Shown: one piece after another, positions 48,531 through 61,944 of the stretch
Numbering within the stretch: position 1 is the stretch's first letter
How the letters are laid out: each line of letters starts with the position of its first letter
Assembly (NCBI RefSeq): GCF_018977255.1
Contig: NW_024704742.1
Location: forward strand, 19,842,001 to 19,906,000
Direction: 5' to 3'
Source of the DNA: Callorhinchus milii
Lineage: Eukaryota
Length of the DNA stretch: 64,000 nt
The notes under the pieces: generated by a model
What the model was told of the DNA's origin: nothing
Databases searched by the model: none
What the model saw: the letters and a program-made list of their open reading frames with translations, nothing else
Program-made: the position numbers and the translations under genes

Positions 48531-51500
48531 ATTTGAATAAGCAATTCAGAATTGGTATTTCCAGGTGCAGTAAATTGTTAAACTGATTGTAGTGCTTCAG
48601 TGTAATGTTGCATTTTAAAAACAAATTCAATAATTTTTGGTACGTGGCGTCCAGAAACAACGAGGGAGATCACTTTCAGGAAGTTTAAAACAGTTTTTAT
48701 TCTTGCACAGAATCAGACAAGCTATCATCAGTTTGAATCAAAACATTCCACAGAGCTCTTCCTTGTATCCTGGGTGTGGCAGCTCTCCTTGCATACACTC
48801 TCCACTGAGATTAGTTCTTTATTTAATAGGCTTCTGCCTTCAATTACCTCATTAGCCCAAACATTCCTTTCATGCTTTTAAACTGGACCTGCTTTGCCTT
48901 CTCCAAGTGAGGTCCAGCCATCCTCTGCCCTATCACAGTGCAGTAAATCATGTAAGTTCTCTAATTTTTTTAACTATATAAATGCTTTTCATGTTGAAAC
49001 ATCTCAAGTGCTTTCCAAGTAGTTACTTAAGTATACTGACTTTTTTGTAGGTAAATATTCAGGACTCCAAATAGCATTGATAGACTGAGCCTAAGTATGT
49101 TTAACATGGTCAAAAAATCGAGTTAAGGGACACAGATTCAAGCTCATAAAATCAAGACTTACCAGCTTCCTGTAACCTTTTTTAACTGGATGCCTAATTC
49201 CATTTATTTGTCTTCTCATCTTTCTGTCTCTATCCCCACCCAACTCCAAAGCAGTTCAAACCAGTTAATCTATTCCTTTGTGATCCTTCAGACTGGATTT
49301 CTCCAATCCCTTCTCATTGACATTCTCAGCTTATATCTCTAGGAGCTCCAAAACATCCAGAACTACGCTCCCTTTCCCAAACCAGGCTCCATAAAACTAT
49401 CACTCTAATCTTTACCTGACCCTATTTCCCTTTGGATTAAGGCCCTCATTCTAACCTTTGCTCCCGAGCTCCTTCCTGCTTCTGTGCAGTTTGTCAATAC
49501 ACTGTGAATGTTTCTGATCCTCCTCCCAACAGACTGTGTCTGGTCTGGTAAGTTCTGCTCCACGTCCTCTCCCTTTGCGTTACTATTGATGGGTGAGTTT
49601 TCAGCCCCTGTTTCCCTACTCTTTGTTACCCTCTCCCTAAATCCTTCCATCATACACTTTCTCTGTCCGCTTTCTAAATCCCGGTAAAAGCCCAACTCTG
49701 AGTGTACCTTAGATCACCTCCCTCATACCAATTACACCCATCTTCCACCAAGCTCATGCACCCACTCTTTCTCTGAAGTATTTTGAGACCTTTTCTTATG
49801 TCAGAGACTATAAGGGTGCATTTTGTTGTTCAGTCCAGTAGTCCTTCCAATATTAAGAGGTCTTTCCTGTAATACAGTGATCAGAATTGTACTTCCGATG
49901 AGTCAGATCAGTATCCAAATTATTAGATGTTCAGTATCTCTTCATATTACCAAGTACTATTCGCTTTTTGCCACCTCACATTGATGGTTTTGCCGAGCTG
50001 TCCATTCATACTCCCAAATCCCTCTGCGATGTCATGTCCTGTAGATTAATACTTCTATTGTTTGTTCAGCTTATGCTGGAGTCTGTGAAGTGAATAAAAA
50101 GATTCAAGATATTTTAAAAGGTGTTCAGTGGAGCCTAATGTTTAGATAGGTGGGATGAATTTAATGAAATAGATTTTGAAACAATGTATAAACATTGTAG
50201 CACAGATTGGATAAAATGACTTCTTGAGTGATCAAGATATGTTTCTGATAATTTAGTAGTGTATGTTGCAAAATGTACTAGTTGATTATTATCAAATAAA
50301 TACTTTTTATGAATTTACAGCTTTCAGTGATTTCTACATACTGCAACATAGTTACAAAATAGAACAGCACAACTTGACATTAATTCCAAATATTTTCATG
50401 TGACAGGGTGATGCACTTTGGCAATACACTGTTTGTATCTAACACAGACTGATAGGTGACAGTTGTGTTTTTTGTCAGCTGTTTTGTGAGTTCATAAAAG
50501 GTGCAGACTTGTTGAACAAACCCAATGTAATTTGACAGGCTTTAACCAGAGAAGCCAGAAATATGGCAAGTATGCAAAATTAAAAAGTCACATTGGTGCA
50601 GTATGTGGCCTGAGGATAAAAATAATATTGCTGGAGCAAAGTGCAGGGATGTTTAATCTGCATCTGAACCCTGCCTTCCTACTAGGAAGGTGAGAAAGTG
50701 ATTGATGGTGGCCAAACAGCTATGCTTTCTTTAACTGTAGGTTTTAGACAAAGTTATGAATAAAAACAGGAGTTTGTTGTAAAGTTTATATCATCCATAC
50801 ACCAGCACACACTTGCCCCTCTGTTGAAAATGTTTCAATAAATTATAGTTGAAGATGTAAGTAGGTCCATCTCATGACGTTAGTTTGCTAGTTAGTAAAT
50901 TCCTAATGCAAGCAATCATATAATTGTAAGGTGGTAGACAAGAAAGTCAATAAATAATATACAGCCATGCAAAGAAATATTGCATTACCATTTTCCCAGC
51001 CATCTGGTATCACAACAACAACATTTGCATTTAAATAGCGCCCTCCACGCCGGGCGGTATCTCGGAGCGCTTAACAATGGCAGAGTCCAAGCCAAGGGGA
51101 GGGGAAGGTGACCATAGGCGTGGTCAAAGAGGAAGGTCTTCAGGCGTGACCTGAAGATGGGAAAGCAGGGAGCAGAAGATTAATCTACCATTAGATGAAT
51201 GGAATCATTGTTCCTAGTTATTTTATTGTTTATTTTCTGAGTCTCACACCAGTCACATGTTTTGAGATGACAAGCAAGCTGGTGACCCATTTCCTTTGAT
51301 CTATGCCAATGATATGTTGAGCTTCGTGCTGACAGGTGTGTGAGAAGGGGCTGTGGTAACTCCATCCAGTTTACAATACCTCTTCTGGTAAAATGCTCAG
51401 CATATGTTTATGCGTCATGTGAGAGCACAGCTGAGGTTGGAAGCTTTATGTTGAGTTTGGAAAGGAAACAATCTACCACTCCATGTCAAGGGGTGATGAG

Positions 51501-52299
51501 CAGAATATAGCAACTAGCAAAAAATAGTAACTTAAAACAGTTAAATTGTGGGCTTTTCATGACCTGGTTATTTAACTGGCTTTTTGAAAGATTTATACGT
51601 AGACTAGAATTGTAGATGTATTCTATTTTCTTTTAAAAGGAAGCCCTAGGTTATGTAATAATTCAGATCTGCACTTTGATGTTTAAAGACGTACTGACTT
51701 ATTACTTAATCATTGAGCATAGTTTCAGACCAAATGCCAGTTTTCTAAGATAAAACATTCCAGTGACTTTCAGAAATCAATATAGCTTAACTGGAAATAT
51801 TGGCATCTTGAAAGAAATCTGTCCAAAATGTTGTGATTTATCTACAATGGTTTTTTTGCTTGTGTAAGATGGCGCTACCAAAGAAAAATATTTTCCTGTG
51901 TTGTACAATTAAGCTTTCTGATTTTTGTTTTTTCACAAAATTGCTAAACAAATAAACCCCAAAACGTCAAATGAATAACCCCCAAAGTTAGAAGTATCAT
52001 GCATAAATAAGGTCTGAATTTTATTTTTGTACAGAAACAAATAATACAGAAATTTAAAAAGAAATTTCCCATCTTAGTCCCATGTAAATGGATACTCTTT
52101 ATCACTTTTTACTCAAATATTAGCTCTGTACAATGTTACTGTTGTTGCATTATTAGCTCTGTACAATGTTGCAATTGTACACCACCCAGTTTGATATGTT
52201 TGTTACTTGGTGAAAGTTACTTGTGGACTTGAGTCTTGCTTTTGGTGCATTTCATGCATATGAGTGAGAGAAGGAGAATATTTGAATTGGCAGTATTTT

Positions 52300-53110
52300 G
52301 CAAGGAGCAGAGGGTCGAAGGTATTTCATAGTGCAGGTACATAAGTTCTTGAAGGTGACAAGTATGTGGAAAGGGCTATGACAAAAGCTTGTCAAACAAA
52401 AAACAAGGACATAGAGCAATAATAATAATTCTTGAATTTGATATAGTGCTTTTTCACTTTGTCATTATCTCTTCAAGTGTTTCACAGGATGTACTGTAAA
52501 TTGGTGTGACTGTATTTTTGTGGGTGACTGAGCACAAAAGCAATATTGTTGAATTTGGACAGATTATTGGTTAGGCCAGAACTGGAGCACTGCGTTCAGT
52601 TTTGGGCATCTCACATCAGGAAGGATGTTAAGACCTGGAGGGGGTATGGTGGAGATTGACAAGAATAATGTGGGGATGAGAGGCGATAGTTGTGTGAGGA
52701 GACCTTGGAGAAACTTAATCTATTTTTATTGGAGACAAGAAGGTTGAATGGGACCTGATAGAGGTGTACAAAATGATGAGGGGCTTGACGGTAAATAGAA
52801 CAAGCTATTTCCACTGGTTGGGAGGTCAGTGACTAAAGGACATGCGTATAAGATATTCACAAAAAGACCGAAAGGAGAGCTTAGGAGAATTTTTTTCACA
52901 CCAAGTGTTTTTAGGATGTGGAATGCGGTGGTAAAAGCAGAGCTCATTGTGGGTTTCGAGAGGGAGGCAGATAGCCTGTATAAAAGATAAAGGTGTGAAG
53001 AGTGGTGGGGGGGGGTGGTGTGGGATTGCAGACAACTTGCTCTGAAAACTGGTGCAGACTCGATGGGCCAAATGGCCTCCTATTGCGCTGTAGATTTCTA
53101 ATATTCCATG
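52300..53110 (+). mobile_element. CR1 3' fragment interrupted by an inverted SINE tail fragment (~52419-52528)
   Basis: LVRPELEHCVQFWAS-like coding and a GGGCCAAATGGCCTCC tail. Confidence 0.8.
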
Positions 53111-53351
53111 ATATGGCTGGATTTTCAATAGTTGGCTTAATTTCCACCGTACCAAACCTGGTGGACACATGAGCAAGTGACCAGTTTAGCTATTTAAATT
53201 GTTGGCTACATTTAAATAATCTCAATTGCAAATCATATCAACAATTGCACCTTGATGGCAGAACTCTATTTGTGAATTGTAAATTTAAGAATCTTACTCA
53301 CGGTTGTTTTGATTGTTGTTGCTTACATATAATTATACCCTTTTCTTCCAG

Positions 53352-53427
53352 TTTTGGCAAGCGGTCTGCAGGGAGCCTGAGGCGTGGCTGTGAATGTATT
53401 GTACTGGAGCCTTCAGAAATGATTGTG
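53352..53427 (+). CDS. RAPGEF2: RAPGEF2 internal coding exon C (76 bp, phase 2-0), (S)FGKRSAGSLRRGCECIVLEPSEMIV
   Basis: ttcttccAG acceptor and GTG|GTAAGG donor. The peptide is visible inside ORF 53245..53472 and matches recalled RAPGEF2. Confidence 0.96.
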
Positions 53428-53654
53428 GTAAGGTCATCTTTCAATAATTTTGCTGGATATTTTTGTTTCTAGTAGAAAAGACCTTCAATTATAGCAGTTA
53501 AGCTAAGTGTCTTCAGATGCTCATTAAGTGACCTTAGGTGTTCATGTTGAATACTAACTTTGATCTTTTCAGTTAAAATGTTTACGTTCTTATTGCTGTT
53601 ATTGGTGAATTTCATCACACTGGTAAGTGCATTTTATTTCTGTTTCAAGTCTTA

Positions 53655-54460
53655 ATAGGTAGGAGAGGGAGCAAGGCCATGGATGGCCTTGAAAGTGAGG
53701 ACGAGCATCTTGAATTTGATCCTCTGAGGGATAGGGGGGCCAGTGGAGTCGGGCGAGGGTGGGAGTGATGGGGTCACGGAACCTGGTGTACATGAGCTGC
53801 AGATTTGGGATGATTTGCAGCTTGTGAAGGGAAGAGTTAGGAAGGCCGATGAGGACAGAATTTCCATAATCGAGCCTTGATGTGATGAATGACTGGGTGA
53901 GGTTTTCGGCTGCCTGAGGGGTGAGGCAGTGGCGGAGTCTGGCAATGTTGCGGAGGTGGTGGTAGGCAGTGCCGATCATGGCGTGGATGTGAGGAGAAAG
54001 GACAGTTCAAGGTCAAACAAGACACCCAGATTCCTGACTGGCTTAGTGAGGTTGAGTGTGCAGTCTTGGAGGCTGATGTTGCCAGCGCCCGAGGTGTAAA
54101 GGTGCTGGCGTTAGCCAATCAGGAGGGCCTCGGTCTTGCTGACGTTGAGTTAGAGGAAGTTGTCCCTCGTCCAGGACTTGATGTCGGACAGGCAATCGGT
54201 CAGGACGCCAGTAGTCCTGGAGTTGAGGGTGGAGGCAGAGAGATAGAGTTGGGTGTCATCCGCATACATGTGGAAATTTACCCCATGTCTGCAGATGATG
54301 TTACCAAGCGGGAGCATGTAGAGGGTGAAGAGGAGGGGACCGAGGACAGAGCTCTGAGGAATGCCGCACAAGACGGTGCGGGGGCTGGAGGAGAAGCTGT
54401 TTGCTGAGATGAAGTGGAGGCGGTGTGAAAGGTTGGACCTGAACCAGTCAAGGACAGAAC
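53655..54460 (-). mobile_element. L2 RT fragment
   Basis: ORFs 54150..54371 ([20 protein letters not shown]) and 53599..53979 (HLRNIARLR, ITSRLDY). Confidence 0.9.
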
Positions 54461-54859
54461 CTTGACTGAAATAACATTCTGTTCAAAGCCATATCTCTTC
54501 CTGTCCACGGGCACAAGAAGGTGACCGAGCTTCAGGCCTCTGCCAATATCACGGCATGATTCCTAACAGCTTGTGAACTCCTCACAGCCTGTACAATTAT
54601 TTTATATTCTCTGTCCTGATGCTACAATCCTCTATCACACAGTTAGCGGTGAGGCATGTGATGGTTTTCATTCCCTTGGTAAAGCTATCAAAAACCACAA
54701 TCTGTATGGAGTCATTCGAGACCTGATTTGAATCAGCACATGTCATTTCCATTGTCAAATTAATAACAATTTTCGGCAGAAGAAGATAATTGATCAATTT
54801 TGCCTAACCAGGTAATGTCCTACAAGGTTCTTTTGATGTTCAATCTCTCCATGTGAATC

Positions 54860-55100
54860 GCTTTCATCCAGTCTTGACTGCGCTAACTCCCTGCTGTCCA
54901 GACTTCCCAACGTTTCCCTTAACAAGCTGCAGATTATTCGAAACTCTGCAGCTCATGTCCTCTCTTACACCAAGCTCGTGACCCTCTCACCCCCACCCTC
55001 ATCCAGCTTCACTGGCTCCCCATCACCCAGAAGATGGTGTTCAAAATCCTCGCCCACACTTTTAAAGCCCTCCACATTCTTGCTCCTCCCAACCTCTGCT
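54860..55100 (+). mobile_element. L2 fragment
   Basis: Degenerate LQIIRNSAA, LHWLPI and FKIL motifs. Confidence 0.75.
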
Positions 55101-56929
55101 TAAGCTGCTACTAATTTTAACGTCCACTTTTTAGTGAAAAACATGCTCCTTAGATTTGAGTGTATGTCTGTTTCATCCTTCTCCTTTAGCCCTGTCTATT
55201 TAGGAGAGGAAAGTTCCAAGATAGCCCCAGCATTTCTTTGGTGTTCTAGCCCTGCCAATGTTCTGTGAAGAAGCTCATTGCAGTAACACTAAATTATTGA
55301 AGCAAATATAATGTACCACAATGGCTATAATGTATTACACTCTTTGGGTAAGCTGAGCCAATATTCCCACTATTTTTTGTTTTACATCTTATATGCAGTA
55401 CCTTACATTTATTTTTATTGGAATCTACAAGGTCTGGTACATTTCACCAGTTGTTATATTCTGTTTAATTCATCTGCTTAAGCCCTAAGGCACCACATTT
55501 AATATCTTCCCACATTTCAATTCTCCTCCCCTTCTAGCATCCTTTCAGTTACCTCCTTTATAAAGGAATTTCTTGTGTTTGTTGTGGAAGGCCCTTTTGA
55601 AAGTAGTATGAAACTGTCATGTGACTTGAGGCTTGAAAGCTTATGTATGGACAGTGGGATTAAATGACCACCTTGCTCTGAGATACTCGAAGGGCCACAT
55701 GGCCTCCTTTGTGCTGTATATTTCTATGATTCCCACTGTCAATTTGAGATGCCTCTTCCTCAAGTATACTACATTGAGCTCCTGATATTGATCCTGGCTT
55801 ACATCATAACATGACTTGTATCATCAGGCTACCAATATCCTGTCCACTTTCCATGCAAAATGTGAATAAGGGATTCCCCCTACTTTATTTCATCACTATC
55901 TTATACTAACAAAATGACAATGTCTGCCTGAGCTTCAAGAAGGATCTCAATAACTGATTGATGTAGAGACATGATCTATACCTCATCGGAAAGGTCTTGC
56001 ACCTGAGAATGAGGTGGGCATATTTGTTTTCGGGTATCTCCTATCGTTCATGAATTGTTTTCAGTATTGCGTTTTTCGCTCCAGTTACACCTGGTGGCCG
56101 CCGAGTCAAAGTGACGCTGTGCCTTCGTGCGTTACAGAGCACGCATGTAGCCAAGCGGCGGGAACAAAATAAAGAATATAGACGAAACTAAGCCATGGCA
56201 ACAACAACAAAATTGCATTTTTAAAGCAACAACTCTTCCCACTGAGTCCTCCCACAAAAGTCTTCACAGAGGAGTATAGATAAAGATGAAACGTCTGTCT
56301 GTGTGTCAATCTACAATCCATATTGGATTCCATATCTGGAGCACCAAATAAAAAAAAGTTTTTTTAAAAATTGGACAAAATGGCTTTCTTGCTCCTATAC
56401 TCTCAGTGACCTTAAAAAGAGCTTTTATTTTTGCTTTAATGCTGGAGGGTCATTTGATGTAATTTTACTGAAATAGCTATGGCTTACACCATGAAGGTCT
56501 GTTATTTATTTCAATAACTTTTCACATGTATGATGATGAGACAGCTCTACCTCTTATTTTCCACCTTCAGTTCCAGCAGGTTAACTGTTCTCGCTGACTG
56601 CCTGTCCAATGTCAAATCCCAAACAGGTCTTCACTTCCTTCAGTTAACAACACTGAAACCATCTTTTTCAGTTCTCATCGGTGCATTCTTACTCCCTAGC
56701 TACCAAGTCATGCTTAACTGGCGAGTGAGCAATCAAGGTGTCCTGATGGATCCCGAGGTGCGGTTCAGACTCCACATCTGGTGCATTGCTAAACCTACCT
56801 TTATCCATCTGAGGAACATTGCTCCCTATCTCACCTCCTCTGCTGCTTCAACACTCTGAGGATAGATTTCTTCATATTAGGTCCACTGTTCTTTTTGATA
56901 TACTTGGATATAGAAAGCGGCTTTTTAAA

Positions 56930-57215
56930 GTTTATGCAGATGACACAAAACTTAGTAGTAAACGTAGTAAACAGGGAACATGCGTAGAAGTGTGAGATGA
57001 GGAAGAATGAGGAGAGGCAATATACACTAAGTGGTAGTTTTAAAGGGGGTTCAGGAAGAGAGAGCTCTGGGAGTTCACATACACAGTTCTTTGAAGGTGG
57101 CAGGACAGGTTGATAGACCTGTTAAAATGCATATGGGATCCTTGGTTTATAAATAGAGGCATAGAATACAAAAGCAAGGAAGTTCTGTAAAACTTTACAA
57201 ATCACAAGTTAGGAC
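56930..57215 (+). mobile_element. CR1 RT fragment, deleted
   Basis: YADDTKL followed by GFINRGIEYKSKEV-like sequence. Confidence 0.7.
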
Positions 57216-58201
57216 TTATCAACACTGCTACTGTGGGGGAGTGGGCTCTGGTTGGGCATGCGCGGTGCGGGGAGTGTTGGGATCGTGAAAGTGGCGCAAG
57301 CAGAAAATCGACTTTGCCTAGCTCCTGCGGCCTAACCTGAGCTCCTGCGGCCAATTCTTGGTAAGTGCTGTAAACATGCCACCATGGAAGTAGTTGTTCT
57401 TACGTGAGAGAGTGAACTTAATCAAAACCAGTCAGGGCAAAAGTCGTAGGCAGTTAGCTGTGATCTATGGCACTGGTGGAACACAAGTTGGATGCATTCT
57501 CAAAAGGTAGGCTGAATACATGACAGGTTTCGTTTTAAATGTGACAATGCCTTTATTTTGAAGAGATTGCAAAGTATGGTTGTTGAATTTTATCATCCTT
57601 GCCCATAACCAATGCCCTTAACATTACGTCAGTGACCTGAATCACCCAACATGTTTCAGTAATCGGGTCACCTCACTAAGTAGATCACTTTTACCCAGTC
57701 ACTTGAGTGACTGGATCAGTGAGGTTCTAATGTATTATATACAGTGCTGCAAATGACTAAATATTGATGCTGCTGGAAATAATGTTGGTTGTAAATGTCC
57801 CCTATTATGAGTTGGAGAATGCTTGGTATGCACTATCCAAATGAAATATGTACTAACAAAAGAATGTTGTTTTTGCACTTTCTGGCACATGGATTGTGTT
57901 AGGGTTTGTAGTTTGAAAGGTATACAGGAAAAGAGGAAAAAGAGAAGCATAGAGTCAATATTCCTGAAAGGGTATAGAATCTGGAGTCTGAATACAGATG
58001 TGCATATAGTTTCTGTATCGTTTTCTTATGAGAGCTTTACAAAATTTTTCCAGATGAATATCAAATCAGCATCAGAGGGGAGATTCTCTGGAATTGTTAC
58101 TATACTAATCAGGGAAATTCACCACAAGTTCTCTTTTTTAATGTTTTAGAATGTCTCCTCCAAAACCAAATATAAAACATAGTTTTTTTTTATTTTTGCA
58201 G

Positions 58202-58369
58202 GTGGACTACATGGATGAAAATGAGGAATATTTTCAGCGGCAAGCTTCTCACAGACAGTCTCGCAGAAGATTTAAAAAAATTAACCAGAAAGGAGAGCGC
58301 CAAACAATCATTGACACTGTGGATCCCTACCCAGTCGGAAAGCCACCATTACCCAGAGGATACCACACG
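58202..58369 (+). CDS. RAPGEF2: RAPGEF2 internal coding exon D (168 bp, phase 0-0), VDYMDENEEY...KPPLPRGYHT, with GC donor
   Basis: T-rich tract plus tgcAG acceptor, then 56 codons matching recalled RAPGEF2. Similarity ends exactly at ACG|GCAAGT. Confidence 0.95.
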
Positions 58370-61300
58370 GCAAGTCTATTTACTGATAATTTCCTTGGGT
58401 TTAAATATTTTTAGAATGATAGCTTTTTATTTTCCCTCTGAGCTCCAAATTTCATCCATCAGCTGTAGTCAAAAACTATCTGCTTTTTGGCATCTACTAA
58501 TCCCACAGTGAGTTATGTCCAGCATGATTTGCGTTGGATGACCTGGGAATGTCTCTTCTCCTGTCTTCTTGGCTGTTCAGCAAGTATCCAATAGCTTGTC
58601 TATACTGTTGGAGGTGTTTTGAAGTGGCAAATAACATTTTTAGAGAAATGACTGAAGTAATTCCACCTTTCCTTCTACATTTCTGGTACATATAATTTTC
58701 TCTTTGTGATTCCAGTTTGTGAATGTAGTACGTATAGTCGAACTTTGTTATAGTTTTCATTACAATGGAGTTTTGCTTATAAATATGGGCACTAATATTT
58801 ACTAAACAAAAAATCCAAACTGCAATACAACAGTTTCTCATATGCTTAATAAATGGCTAACTTAATTGGCAGGCTTTCTGTGTGCAGGCAGAAGCACTGA
58901 CAATTGCACCCTGTTACATTGCTGATTAGGATTTTATGGACCTCGGCTACCAAATTATCACAAGACTCAACTGTAATGTGTTTTTATATTTACCCATAAA
59001 GAAAAGCGAGTAAATATATGGTAAATGTGAATAAAATTCTAAACTTGGAGGATTGAAAATTGTATTTGAAGTTTTCCACTTACCAGCAATGAGTTTTCAG
59101 GGAATGTTAGTTAGGTCATCAGAGACATATTTGTAACCCTATTTTATTTAACACAGCACTTCATGTTGAATCTGAAATGAAATTGAGGCCTGAAATTTCA
59201 CCCAGTGTTATGTTCTCAGATCATTTTGTCATAAAGTTTAAGAATGTGTGGAATTGTCAAGAAATTCTTCAATTCAGTCTTCAAAAGGAAGCTGTTTTAA
59301 AGGCCTGTCTCCTTCACTGAGCTTTGAATACCCTCTCCATTCTTCAATTTTGAATCACCCTCCCAGTTTAGGATCCCACTCCTTTACGTAGCACTTTGAG
59401 ACATTCTTCCTAACTGTTTGGCTCTATATAAGTGCAAATTGATCGATTTCTCACTCCCCCCGCAATTTCTTACAAAAAAACTGTTTTCCAAATTCACACT
59501 GAATTAAAATATATTCCACAGCTCTGCATGATATAAAATTTAAAACGTAAAGATGTTACAGACTGAAGTGGAATTTTGGACCTCAGAGGGTGTGTGTGTT
59601 TGCACGTGTGTCCACATGCACCTTGGGCAAGAAATAGAAAATTATATTGCATCAGTGGATAAGCCTTAAGCTGATGGATTTAAAAAAAGTTTTTTGACTT
59701 GAAATAAATATTCTGTTTCAAATCATTCCTCTTCATTTTTTTAAAAAAGTTATAGTAATGTCTTTTAGTTGCAAGGTATAGTTAGTAAATTAAGACTAAA
59801 GTTTCTGATATCTTTCTTTTTCTGTAAGCATTGGGTTTAAGTGCTCCTGTTGTTTGATTGATTCTTCTACATTACAATTGGGCTAATTTATCAGGACTCC
59901 ATTACAACAACAAATTGCATTTGTGTTGCGTCTTTCATGTCGGGAGGATGTCCCAAGGTGCTGGGCATTGAAGGAAAGGTTTGCACCCTAACTGGGGGCT
60001 GGAGTTGAGGGGTGGAGGGCAAATCGGGGTGGGCTGGAGGTGCGAAGGTGACCGAAGTTGTGGTTGAAGAGGAAGGTCTTAGGACATTGTATTTATTGTA
60101 ATTGAAAGGGAGCTAAATTCCAGTGATGCAGTGATGTCTTATGATATTTTTTGTTTGATTACTCTGAATATCTTCTTGTTCTGTTTGGAATGCACAGTGA
60201 TTACTATCTGTGCAGTCCAAGCAGAACAAGAAGATATTCTACCTACAGTGTGGCATAGTATTTCCTACTGCGAATGATGGTTAATTACGGACTCATTTCC
60301 TGTGAAAATTTCAAAACTGTTTGTCATTGCGGGAAGGTCTTCCACAGGAAGTTTGATAGCAACCTATTTTATCCAAGCAGGAAAAGTGCTCACGTCAATT
60401 TAGATGTTTTAACTAAGTGAGCAAGGAGAACATTGAAAAACAGCTGGCAGTCGTTCACTGGGAATTAAAAAAAAGGGAGATATGAAATGAGTGACCATCA
60501 CTGGTATTTTGAGGACTTTTAACCATTCTGAAAACTGGGGAGAGACTTGTGGTCCTAAAAACACCTAAACTGTTTTACTTCTATGTATGATTCAATCTAA
60601 TTTAAAGAGCTGGTGCTTATGTTGCTTGGATGATGATTGTGCAACCACAGTGTTCTCTCTTTTTATGCTTCTGACATACATAACTGCCCTTTCAAAGCAA
60701 TAGAACACAGTTAACACAACTGCAGTTTTGCGAATGTAAATTAGGTAACTGAATTTTCAGAAATGCAATGTTGTATATTGAATATTAGGAAGTCTTAAAT
60801 ATTAGATTCTTGTTAATAATTTGAAATCAAGACCCGCACACAGGAAGATGCGATTTTTAAAATAATCCTGAGTTATGGTATAATAAAAATATTGTCAGAC
60901 TTTTATTCTAGAGCAATGTGCTGCATAGTGTATCGGATGATGGTGAAACTAGCTGAACATGCGTGGTGTATATGAACAACAACAACAACAAGATTCCATT
61001 TATAAAGCGCCTTTCACGTCAGGAGGACATCCCAAGGCGCTGTACAGTTGGGTCATGACCCGAGCAGGGAGGAAATGGTCAGGGTGAGGGGAACTGTGCA
61101 TATGAACTGTGCATATGACCAATAAGTGACATTGTCAGTGTTGAAGCACTTTAAAATCAATGAATCTATGTATTTGAGGGCACTATGGGAGTGGTCAAGT
61201 GTCTGTTTAGTCATTGCATATTCTGCTAAGACTACAAAATAAAGATGATTCTTGCTGTGCAAATGTAAAATATGTAATACAGTAATTCAAAAGTTTAAGA

Positions 61301-61508
61301 TTTATGTTGTGCTTAGAAATAATGGATGCTACTATTTAAACTTGTGTATGCTTGGTTAAAATAGCATTTATTGATCTATTTAAAATGATTTGGGGAATGA
61401 GGGCTTCCAAGTTCATCATAAGATTGTAGCAATGGAATGAAAATTGAATCTGGTAATGTTCATTTTTTCCTTTCCTCTTTTATGGCATTCATTTAATTTG
61501 GCTGCCAG

Positions 61509-61526
61509 GTATGCGCTAAAGCAAAG
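61509..61526 (+). CDS. RAPGEF2: Probable RAPGEF2 18-nt microexon, VCAKAK (phase 0-0)
   Basis: Upstream pyrimidine tract, gctgccAG acceptor, GTA TGC GCT AAA GCA AAG, then AAG|GTATTG donor. It aligns with the recalled six-residue human segment ECTKSQ that follows RGYHT (C and K conserved). Confidence 0.72.
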
Positions 61527-61944
61527 GTATTGGGATTGTTGGGTGTAAACTCAACTAACCATGCTAATTGCTTTGTCATAGTTAGATCTGTAACCAACTG
61601 TCAATTAACAGTATTTTCTGGCTGACTATATGTGTCTACAGTTACAGATGTTCTCACGTATTGTGGAATGACAGATATAGCATTATATATTCTAAACGTT
61701 TGTAAAAAAANGACTCAACATTCTGTTCTGTTCATAGCATATGTGGTTCAATTTGTTTTTCTCAGTTCCTTCTGTATTTTTGTTTACGTGACTAGTTGAA
61801 AACAACTAGTTGAGTTTGCGTGTTATGATCTGAATCAATATTTCCTTAAAATATGATTGTTTCCTCCTGATGTAGTAGGATATGAAACTGCAATACTTTT
61901 TTTGTTCAGTAGAGATACCTCTTGAAGTTTAAATGATATTCCTT

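Noticed and set aside
2097..52175. Short two-copy tandem repeats (about 2097-2143, 21946-21990 and 52118-52170) as CRISPR-like arrays
   Set aside because: Each has only two units with no spacer series, in a eukaryotic intron. They are simple slippage duplications.
16471..58369. Assignment to the paralogue RAPGEF6
   Set aside because: The exon peptides (HEANEVLYYPDDIGTCWY, YFQRQASHRQSRRRF, GKPPLPRGYHT) match what I recall of RAPGEF2 almost exactly. Reciprocal BLAST would confirm.
39994..61711. Single N bases at 39994, 40928 and 61711
   Set aside because: All three end A homopolymers and are assembly ambiguities.
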